64,000 nt of DNA, from assembly GCA_000165425.1 (NCBI GenBank), contig CT868330.1, forward strand, positions 124,001 through 188,000, given 5' to 3'. Positions within the stretch are counted from its first letter, which is position 1; every line of letters begins with the position of its first letter. The position numbers and the translations under genes are program-made. Under the pieces are notes generated by a model, which was not told the DNA's origin, ran no database searches, and worked only from the letters and a program-made list of their open reading frames with translations. Below, in pieces: positions 1 through 11,770 of this stretch. Source of the DNA: Paramecium tetraurelia (Eukaryota).

Positions 1-3000
1 TTGCTGGAAAAGGCATAATTTTTAAATCCAATGAAGATCTATTATAATATTTTATTGACACAAATTTTTACTATTCCAACAAATAATAGCACATTGTGGA
101 TATAAGATAATAAAATAAACGTTTTGCCAAAATTTTGAATCTACTTACAGAAATAAATGATGAAGACAAGAGAAAAATAGCAACAATTATTAAAAAAGTA
201 ATTTAGGATTCATAAGATATTTTTGAAATACTTGATGACATATATGAACTAAAATATCAATATGATGAAGAATAAGTAGAAGTCATATTTAGAATTATAT
301 GTGAAATGTTAAACAAAACCTTTGAAGAATTTTGGATATATAGATATGCCTTGAATAAGAGTTTTAAAAAAAAACATATTCCAAATTTAAAAAAGATTTA
401 AAATATAAAAGAAAAAATGAAAATATAAGAAATGGTTTAAATAGTCAAAACTTTCGATAGGGAATTTTGGGAAATTATGTAAAAGAAGTTTCTTAAGTAT
501 TATTGCACAATTCTCAATTCTCTAATTTAACATACAATGTCAAACCAATCAGGAAATCCAAAAGAAGTTATCCAAATTTTAAGAGATCAGTTTCTTTAAA
601 ATAGAATGCTTTAATAGTAAATTCAAAATGCTTAATTATTTTATCATTTATTATAAAGACTAAAAGATGAATAAGTATGCAGTTTATTTATAGAAAATCA
701 AAAATAGAACATATCTTTATAGCCATATCTTTTATCCGTGGACATCTTATTTTAGGTTTTTTGCTTTCTTTCAAATGATACTGATTAACAACAATTTAAA
801 AATAGTCTTGAATAAGGATTCAAATAGTTTACTTCCTATCATCTTAATTTTTTAATCGAATAGGCATAAAATAAAATAAGCAAGAATGTCTTAGATTAAA
901 TCTATACATTAGTTTACTATTGGACTTTTAAAAAAAACAACAATCTTGAATAAGAGGCAAAATCCTTTTTTTTAAATGATCCTCAATTATATAAGAAAAC
1001 ATTTTCAAAATTGAACTTTTTTGATAATTAGGTATTGGCAGCTGATAATTTGGAATATATGGAAAAAAAGAAATAATACGACATTTACCCCAGAGGTCTT
1101 TAAATCAGTGTGGACGAATTTAATTTAACCTTAGTTGAATTAAGTCAACAAGATTAATATCAATTAGTCCATGTTTGGGTTTTAGACATTAAAAATAATA
1201 AGAAGTTCAAAAGTCTTTTACCATTTTACTTGAATATTATTAAAAGAGGGGAGTCTCCAACAATATTTTTAAATATGATAAACCAGCTTATCTAAACCCA
1301 GTAGGAATAATCCATCAAGTATGGATATTTTAATTTTAAATCTATGTTTTAGTTATTGTATAATAATTCAAATGCTGAATTGTAATGCCTCCTTTTAAAG
1401 CAAATAAGTTAGAACTATCCTGTACCTTTCCTTTATAAAGTTCCTTATGACGATTAAACAAAAAAAATAGAACACTTCTTTTTGAATTTAAACATATTTT
1501 ATATCCACCAAATGAGTTTTACAATTATTAATCTAAGCTTATAGTAGATACAATAAAGAATAGGCAAAACCTAATTAATAAATAAAATATTCTATTAACA
1601 AGATAAATTCGAAATATTAGACAATAATAAATTAAATAATTGTTCCATTGATATAATGTATGATTCAGAATTCTAAGGGACAAGATATTTATCAATAGCA
1701 GATGTCCATAATTTTATTCCGCTAGAAATATTAGATGAAATATTGCCCTTATTTAAATTATGGATTATTTAATTGGATACGGAATAAGAAATTGAGTCCA
1801 CAATTTCTATTTTGGAATAACTAAAATCCTTTTAATTAAAAAATAAAACTGTGTGTTTTCTTATAAGAGATTCATCTTTATAATTAGAATCTGCTTAAGT
1901 AATAAAATTAAAGTAGTTAAATATTGAATACAAACAAGTAGTTAATTTGACTGATAATAATTTAAATAAATATATAATTGATAATGAAATTAAATAAGTC
2001 AGCTAATTTTTATATGATTTAATAGAAAAAAATGAAAATGATAATACGATTGATGCAAATTAATGTTTTAATGTAATCTCTAAAATAAAGAATTAAAACC
2101 TATAATATACTTAAGAAATTGGATCGACTTGGCAAATCTTATCCTAAATTGAATAGAATTTAGTTAAAATTAATTAATCAGAAGCCCCATTCCTTTAATC
2201 CTTTGGTTTTTTATTATAGTAATAAAATTTCTTTATTTTACATCTTAAATTTAAGGATATTTTATAGCAATTTAATTAAAGTAATTCCCAAGAGAAGAGG
2301 ATAACGATTGGAAAACTAATGGATAAGATTTCCTAAATATAATAAATGGATCCTGGTCATTAAATTTAGAGTTTAATGTACTAAAAACTTGAGGAATTGA
2401 TTTTAAAAGGAGAACCTTTTTAATTAATAGATTCTTAAATTTAATTTGACTATTCCAAAAATATACTAAAAAAATTAAAAGATTAAGGAGAAACTATATT
2501 CATAAGTATTTTAGGATCAGGTTCTGGAAACTCGAATATTTTAAATAAAATTTTTGGATCCCCAGTATAGAGGTACTCCAATGTTAATACTGAAGGATAT
2601 TATTTTTAATTATTCAATATATACAATAAAAGCATCTTTGGAGATTTATTTAAATAAGTTATCGTTTTAGATACTGAAATATTACAAGATCACAATTAAG
2701 ATAACTAGGTATTAGATAAAAAAATCATTCTATTCGTCTTGTCTATAAGTGACATTATTATTATAAATACTGAAGTGGATATAAAAACAGAGTTCAAGTA
2801 ATTAGTCGAGACCAGCATTTATAATATGGCTAAATTAGTAAATACTCCTAAATAGATAACATGGTGTTTCCATTTGAATAATAATAATTTAGAACGGAAT
2901 TCTGAGATAATTTTAAATCATTTGTAGATTATAGAATAGGATTTGAAATAAGAATTTATTTATTAAGTTGATGAGGAGAAAGCTCAATATTATGAGGACA

Positions 3001-6000
3001 TATTTGATGTTAATTAATACAAAACAGTGTAGGGATACATGCAAATTGAATATTTTTGGAAATAAAATAAGAATTTGGATATGAAATATAATTGGAGACA
3101 AATAATAAAGAATGATGATTTCTTTAATGACGCAATTAATTATGGGATTTAAAATATTTAAGCCTTTATAAAAAAGAGATAAAATTCAAGTTAATCAATA
3201 GGATAGCAATTATAAAATATAGATCAAATTTATGAAGAAATTATCAAAATGGAAGAATTATCAGAATTGAAAAAATTAAAGTAATTTTAACAAAATGATT
3301 TTATGTTGCAGTAATATGAGGAAATTGTATCTAATATTAACTTTCCAAATGATGATTAAATTATTGAAAGTATAGATTTGAGTCTAAATTAAAATAAGCA
3401 TATTCTCTCCATAGAATTAGTAAATACTATTTACAATGAATAATTCGAAAACGTAAAATTCTATGATTAAATTTAATTAGAAGTAAATGAAAAATTAAAG
3501 TCCATATAAGATGATAATAATATATCACTTAAAATATCTTCTAAGTATCAAAAAATGATAACTGAAAATATTAATCAGAAAAAGTAATAGACCATCAATA
3601 TTATTAATTCTAAATTATAACATTTGGACTAGTTTCAATAAATTAGGGAAATTTAGTAAGAATCACTTATGAGGGATAAATTTAACTAAATAGTGAGTGG
3701 CTAAGTGTTTCCAGAAAAATCAGAATTTATAGCAAATATTTAATAATAAATTTAAGAAAATAACTAAGAAATAACCACTGAAAAAGTAGAATTAATCAAG
3801 ACAGAATAAATTGAATATCTTGGTTAAATATTTGATTAAAAGGAGAAAGAATTAAAGTAATAAATATCACTCCTATAACGTGAAAATAATATAAAGGAAG
3901 AAATTATCTAAAAATATGAGGTGAAAATTTAAGAGTAAAAACATGTTGAATTGTAGGCTTGTAGTCTTGCTATTTCTTCAGAAACAAAAAATATTTAAGT
4001 AAACCTATCAAAGACTTAAGAACAAAAATTATATTAAGTCAAAATAAAGGAAGTGCAATAAAATCCTGATATGATAAAAGAATTAATGGAAAATCCAGAT
4101 AAGTTGAAGGCTGTATATAATTAAGTTTAAAATGAAGCCAAATTGAAAAAAGAAAAATAAGATGAAACTTTGTTAAAAGATCGCTGCAACGAATTTTTCA
4201 ACATTATTCAATCTTAAATTAAAGGATCCTCATTATAATCTACTTCATAAGAAAATTATAAATAAGCTTTCCTTGAAAAGTTAATTAAAGATCAACCAAA
4301 ATAATAAGATCATGTTGTGTAATATAATATACTCTAACCAGAATTATAGTAATTATAATTTAAAGTGCTTGAGAAAACTGATAAAAAATAATATTTAGAA
4401 ATTTTCACTCAAAATATTAAAAACAAACTCGCCAGTAGTGCTGATAAACCTATTTTGCATTTAAATAAGTTTTATGTAAAAATAATTAAATGCATCAAAA
4501 AATAAAATATTGATAATTATATGAAAAATGGTGAAATGATGACAGATTTTGAAAGTGAAATTAAAAATAATGATAAATAGTTAATATAAAGCTTTTTAGC
4601 AAAATTTACTGTATTCGATTTTGAGATTATAGATTAAAATGTTGATTAACTTTGTTAAGCAATTTAAAATGGAATTTAAGGTTAATAAAAATAGTAGTCT
4701 CTCTTGTAATGTTTGAAATCGATTCAAAAATAAGATACCTTAAATATATTGAATGAAGACTCTATAAATAAAATTCAAAAAAATTGTTAATAATTAAATA
4801 AAGTTCTGAGTCAATTTGAACAAATTCAAATTAATAATAATTCTGAAATAGATAAACAAAAAATACAAGAAAACTACTTAATTGAAACAAAACCATAATT
4901 ATAAAAAAAATTGAGTCGGATAGAAATTGATATTTTCAATTATATTATGAATCAACCACAAGATTTAGAAACAAAATTTAATTAAAACATTGTAAAAAAA
5001 ATTACAGAGTTAATGAATGATGAATAACAAAAAGGTTGGAATATGTTGTATGAGCAGATTTTTTAAATGGTATATGATGATATGCTGGTTAAGAATACTG
5101 TTACAGCATCTTAAGAGAATTTTGCAGGTTTGATAAAAAGATTGTAACAAAGACTTGAAATTTAAATTAAAGATTTTAATAAATAATTTTCACTATTCGG
5201 TGTTTTATTAAATGAAATAGGAGAAAAATGCATTTATAATTATGCTATGTTTATGATTTGGAGAATAGTATGCTTTAAATATTGGGAGTAAAAAAAGAAA
5301 AATGATGAAAATGAATAATAAGAACTAGAAAAAGATCTATTTATTAAATTTAAAGCTGACCTTCTTTAAAATAGATAAGAGTAAAGCGAAATTAGAGGTA
5401 AACAATAAGCGACTGAGATAATAAAATTATAATATTAGCGGTTATATTAAAGTTATGAAACAGAGGTGAAAGGATTAATATCTAATTATGATAAGGAAAC
5501 AAGTTTTGATCTCATAAAACGACTTGATAAAGAAATCCTTGAAAGGTAGAATAGCAGCATAACAAATAGTTAGTTGTTATAATATATTAGAAATCATGCT
5601 GATTATATTGAGTCATATGTAAAATACAATCTAAATACAATTAAAACTGAAATATAGTCACAATTAACCAAGAAATTAATAGATGATATGAAATCATTTT
5701 TAAAAAGGATTTTTTAAAACACAAAAAAATTGAATGATTTTAACTAAAATTTGTCTGCCAAAGATTATTTTGTTAAACTAAAAAATTTAGATGAAGCTCC
5801 AAGCTTATTGTATACAGCTGTTTTCGGTTGCATGCAAGGAGCATTAGATTAAAATATAATCAATATAATTAAACCTGATATGATACAAGGATTTTAGATC
5901 CAAGGATGTTATAAATTTCCATTTACATTAAAGAATAATTTATAAAATAAATTTGATGAAGAAATATAGATCTTATATTACTTTATGCAATCTTTTAATA

Positions 6001-7144
6001 AGAAAATCTAAGAAGAAATGAAATAATTGGATTAATTAAAAATTGATTTTGAAAAATTAGATGTTTAATCTCATTTAGATGCTTTACAAGTAAAGTAGAT
6101 TGGATGCTAAGAATCATGCCCTATTTGCAAAAGAAAATGCGATTTAGAACTTGATAGAAATCACAAACATTAATGCAGAAGCGGACATTAACTAAGAGGT
6201 AATATATTAATATTCAATATTAGGAATGAGTGGAGTTTTGATAGGTGTCAACCCTTCATTATTTACTTGTGAAGAAATTCAAGATTATTGTAAGATGTAG
6301 GTAATGGAAACTAAATCAATAAAATATTGGGGAGATATCAAAGAGATCTATAATGATTGGTTATTCTCTTGCATAGATGTTGCAGAGAAGAAGGCTTCTC
6401 TGAAAAAAAAGTTTACTGATATTTGGAATTTGCATGTTGGAGAAATGATATGTAAGTAATTAACACAAGAGATTGGATAGGAAATTCAATTCATTAAACA
6501 GGAAGACTTTGATAAAGAATAACTCTAAAGAGCCCCTAAAGCAATACATTATGTTATTATGTTAGATGACTCTGGCTCAATGCAAGGGGAAAAGTTTGAT
6601 AACGCAAAGGCAGGCATCATAGCATTTCTCGCAGAAATTCATAAAATGAAAAATAAGGATTCAAGAGTAACAATTATCATATTTAATGATCTTGCAAGAG
6701 TTGTAGTTGATTCTGAAGTTATTGATTCAAAAGAGCAAGAATAAAAAATAACATTTAAAGGTCTTGGGACAAATTTTGATGAACCATTCACTAAAGCTTA
6801 TGAAAAAATTATTTAAAGGCCTGATTTTGATAAATTCCATTAGTAATTATTTATTGTATTTTAGGCATTCTATGTTCTTTTATACTGATGGATAAGCAGA
6901 TTACCCTTAAACAGCATTAGGCTTATTTGATTAATTAAGTCCAGAATAAAAATAAAAAATAGAACTTGTTGCCTGCACTGAATAGAAATATAAATTAGAG
7001 GCTCTTCAGAAAGTAGTTGGCTACTTTAAAGAAAAGAATTTTGCTTATGCTGAATTAAAACACTCTATTGAGCCTGGACAAATAGGATCAACATGGATAG
7101 AAACTATCAGTTAAAAAACTCATCAGCTTTAAAAATTGGGTTGA
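1..7144 (+). CDS. Giant VLIG/GVIN1-URGCP-like GTPase-fold protein with Cys/His cluster and C-terminal vWA domain (5' truncated by window, >2300 aa)
   Basis: Frame 3 is open under code 6 wherever checked. Motifs: YPVPFLY and RIGKTQLINKIF (~1420-1590); ILKGEPFQLID then FISILGSGSGNSNILNKIFG...VIVLDTEILQ...DKKIILFVLSISDIIIIN (~2400-2770); GCQESCPICKRKCD...HKHQCRSGH (~6100-6190); vWA YVIMLDDSGSMQG...GTNF...FYTDG. Introns 6199-6223 and 6843-6864; TGA at 7142-7144. Confidence 0.85.
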
Positions 7145-7397
7145 TTTTATATAAACTAAATTAATAATATTTTTGTCCTTAGAATGGTCTTAGTTATTTA
7201 GAATTCATAAAATTATTAAATTGAATATTTTTAATTTAAGTCTTCTAATTTTAAAGTTAAAAATGAAAACAAGCAAAGATCATGAATATAATGATTTAAT
7301 TTGATTGCATTCATAATGCCAATCAATTACAAAAATTATTGTTTTTATTAATAAAATACAATAAAAATAAACTTCTAATTAACAATAATTCTATATA

Positions 7398-10085
7398 TCA
7401 TTTAGGTTTTATGGCATCTAAAACCCCATTTTTTACATTACTATATATTGAGTTCTTGAGATTTGTTAAATCAGAGTTTATAGTATTAAAGTTTAATATT
7501 AAAAATAGCAGAACTTAAATTGAATCTTTTATAGCAAATCCAGCAGAAGAGGAGATAAAGATAGAATTATTAGATTTAGATAAGAATTTCAAGAATTCTG
7601 ATTGAATTCTCTAATTCTCTAATTTAATACCTGCCCTAATCTATCTATCTTTTAATCTCGCAATCTTTTTACCTAATTCTATCATATCCATTATCATAAC
7701 TACTTTTGTGCCATTGTCAGGATGATACTTGGCTTAATATATAGACAATAGAATTCTTATTATTTGTTCATTGCTAATCTTAACTTCACAATCAAACTTA
7801 TTCAAGATAAAGTAGCGAACTATTTCAAATAGATTTGATATTTTTGGAAAATTCTCCTTCATTTTTAGATTCAGCAATTTAATAATTGAATCTACTTCAA
7901 TAGTTGGTACTAGTGATTCTTATTTAGATAATTATTCCCCAATTTCGAAGAACATTACTATCAGATACACAAATACATTTGCATATTCTCTAACATGTTT
8001 AGGTTTGGCCTCTAAACTATCAATCAGATTTTAGCAATCCTCAAACTCTGGAAATTAATTAATAGCATCTTTTAGATACTCTATTGCTTCTTTATCAAAA
8101 TCTTGCAAAGAAAGAGCGATTGCCCTCTTGATATGATATTACTCAATTTCTGGTGCTATTACCAGTGCCTTTCCAAACATTTCGCATGCTTTCTCGAAAT
8201 TGCTTGACATGTATTAAGCCTAGCCAGATTCAAAAAGTGCTTGGTGATTATTGGGTTCCAGTCTTATTACTTGCTCAAAGTCTTGTAAGGCTTCATCATA
8301 TTATTGAGTTTACATATTTGCTTTTCCTCTCAACATAAACGGTTTGGCTTAGTTTTTTTATAGATCAATGGCTCTGCTGCATAAATGAATCGTTTAAGAG
8401 TTATTTTATTATAGATCCATTAATATCGCCTTTTCGATATAAGCATCTACAAATTTCGAATTTGCTTAGATTATCTTATCATATAACATAATAGCTTGTT
8501 TAAAATGCTTGGTGTCTCTAAAGCAATTAGCAATCTTAATTTAAGTGTTCAATAGATTAAATTAGTATTTTAATGCTTTATTGAAATTTATCTCTGCATT
8601 TTCGATATTTTTCGAGATTAAATAATAGTATCCTTTGTCAATATGAATTTTGATTTTATCTTAATCATTATTAGTAAAAGCCAGTAGAAAGTCGTAGCAA
8701 TCTTAGATCTATTGAAATTGTTGAAATTCTAAATGACACTTAACTTGAAAATTTAATATCAAATAAATACTTTTAGACTGATACACTTTTTGATTAAAAG
8801 TATGGTGAAGTTCAAAATTTATTGCTTTCTCAAAATCATCAATTGCATTACCAAATGCCTTCATATTCATATACGCCAAACCTCTTATATAAAATGAGTA
8901 TGAATCATTAGCATCCAATTCGAATAGTTCATCACAAGTTTGTAAAGCCTGTTAGAAGCGTTATAAGGATATTTAGAGATTTGCTTTAAAATTTAATAAT
9001 TTTTTATTTTTTGGGGAAAGTAAGAGAACTTTCTCTAAGCAATTCAGAGCTTACGAATATTTGCCTTATGCTTTGAGACATTTTGAAATATTATAGAGAG
9101 CTTCAATATTATTTTTATCCTCCTTTAAGATCAACTCACACATTTGTTGTGCTTTATCATACTGTTCTTATCCAAAGTAAGCTTAACCTATTGAATTAGG
9201 AGTTTCATTATACTTTTTAGTTATAAAACATGAATATTCCAAGATGAATTGCTGCTATTCTAATCACAGAATTCTAGCAATTCATTGAACTTTTTTTATT
9301 AATAATATAAGTTTCCAATAGCTTGAAAGGCACTCAGATATTCTTTATCAATGGCTAATGATTTTGTATAAAATTTCAAGGCCATATCATAGTTTTTTTA
9401 TTTAAACAACATGTGGCCTAAAAATACTTAATAAACATAGTACCATAATTCAGAGAGGTTATTTTCTCCTCTAAACCACAATTTAAAACAAACTCGTAAT
9501 GCTATTATGCTGTCTTAAAGTCATTGATTTGTGTTCGAATAAAGCCTAGTCCCAAATGGGCTTCAAAGGACTTCTGGTCTATTTTCAAGAGTTCTGTGAA
9601 TACTTAATGAGCCTCCTCGTATTTTTAAGCCAATATATAAATATTCCCTAAAAGAGTTAAATCTCTTTTTAACCTATTTCTGCCAAGGCAAGTATGTGAT
9701 TTGGATCGTATTTAATTGCTTATTCACAGGATTCTTAAGCCTTTTGGAGATCATTTAATCCTAGATATGCCAAACCTGAAAGTAAATTTAAGAGGTTACC
9801 CTTCCAATAATGAAAATCAGGAGTCTAAGAATGCAGATCCTCCATAATTTCTAATTGTTTCAAGGCCACACTATAGTTGGCTTGTCTTATTAGTGAAATA
9901 ACTGAGGAATAATTATTGTTAGTACTTTTTTTGAACAGTGTAGGATTGGATTTTTTATTTTCAACTGAGATATCGGCTCTATTGCTAGCTTTAAAGATTA
10001 AAACATTTTTACTATTAGGAGTTGAGTGTTATGTGTTTGTTCCTTCCTAAGATATTTTATTATCCTTAGAATTTCTACCACCCAT
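7398..10085 (-). CDS. Tetratricopeptide-repeat protein with probable N-myristoylation site
   Basis: Starts MGGRNS. Many TPR-like units (YSFYIRGLAYMNMKAFGNAIDDFEKAI; YDEALQDFEQVIRLEP), several tiny introns, TGA at 7398-7400. Confidence 0.85.
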
Positions 10086-10166
10086 AATGGAATTATGATA
10101 TAATAAATGATAAATTTAAAGAAATTTGCACTCATAGATTAATGAAACATATTTAAACAATATTTA

Positions 10167-11577
10167 TCACTGTTATTGGTTTCTATTGTGATTCATATGT
10201 ATTTTTAGATCACTCCTGCAGGTGGGACAGTTTTTGTTGATATAGATCCAAGAAAGAATGCATTCCCTATGAAATAAATGTCTGAGATAGTTTAATACAA
10301 TACCTGCATTTAGTAGATCTGAGATCTGGTTTATTGATGTAAAGATCTAGGCAAATTGGACAGACATCTGTGTTTTTGATATGATCATTTTGAATTTGGG
10401 GGAGTTGCTCTAAGATTTCATCATCAAAGCTTTTTGCACTGTATTTTTTTTCCTGTTGCATCTATCTTATCACGGCCAAAGCAGCCAAGGTTTCTTTAAT
10501 TTTCTTATTTCTGAAGTATCTGCCGACAGCAAATGATATACTTATGAACATGATAATCCCAGCAGTCGATGCAACTATGATTATTACTGTACTAGTTGAG
10601 ATTGTATTTTGGGTTCGTTGATTAATAAGATCCAAAGAAATTTGGATGTGTTATTCTCTAAGAGACTTCTATTTGAATATGAATCTGACTCGTTTTTGAA
10701 TTTGAGTGCTGACATCATTTCTGTCTTTTAAATCAAATTCGATTGGGTACATGGATGAGACTTCATAGCCATATACTAGTTGATCGTAATATTTCGCATT
10801 CAAATCCTCTAAAGCAGGAATGTAAAGAACTCTAGTTTTCATTCTATATAGATCTACTCCCTCAGAACTGTTAGTCTTGATTTCATTATTTCAAATACTT
10901 GTACTATTAGAACCATGGTTTGGTTTTCACTTTCTTCTAAATCTACGTAAGCATACTTTACAGTGTTCTCTAAGTTAAGAAACATCTCTTTATTTTATTC
11001 AATATAAGTTGCCGGCTAACGACAATCATTTCCAATATAATTCTTGTTGCATAAACATTTTCCATCCTTCATAGATAATTTATTGAATACTTAGCAACTG
11101 CCTTGGTTGGTGCAGTTGTTTGGACACAGTTTATCGTAAGTGGCAGTAACTGTAATATTGTAGTTTTGGGTCCATTCTGAAGAAGTAGATATATAAACTT
11201 ATTTTTGATGGAAATCTTCACTGGACAACAAGATGAAATGAGTAAACCTATTTTCAAGATACCTAATAAGTATTGGTATAGTTGCAATACCCGTATATAT
11301 CAAATCCTTACACTTCTGTAATTTCAGATAAATTTAAACTAAATTCAGGGGGTTTGCCGATTCCGTAGTGCAATGAAAAGGTGTCATCTTGCTTGTGCAG
11401 TTCAACATTAATGGCATAATAGGGAAATGTTACTGTATTCTCTATATTTAGTATATAAGTATTGTTTGGGGAACTCATTTGGACGTCTGTCCAAGTTTTT
11501 GCATTTTCTGAGATTTGAATCACAGTTTCTAATGATGAAACGATGTGAATTTATAGGAATTATAGAATGAACCACAT
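10167..11577 (-). CDS. Type I membrane protein: signal peptide, EGF-like module, TM helix, C-terminal RING-H2 (putative E3 ligase)
   Basis: Starts MWFILQFLQIHIVSS. GKCLCNKNYIGNDC EGF-like segment; hydrophobic TVVIIVASTAGIIMFISISFAVG; CPICLDLY...CRHLFHRECILSWIYINKNCPTC after splicing a small intron near 10266-10303. Confidence 0.85.
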
Positions 11578-11770
11578 TTTGAGTTATTAATTAATCCTTT
11601 ATTAGGTTTTAATTAAATATATAATGGAAAAGTAAGGAGAGGGAGTGGTTAAGAATTTGAGATGTGGCTTTCGTGAGGGATTATTGTGATATCAAGTCTT
11701 TGTTGAAATAATAGCTTGCATTATTATTAATTTAAGCAAAAAGTATTATATAAAATAATTGAAAATTGAG

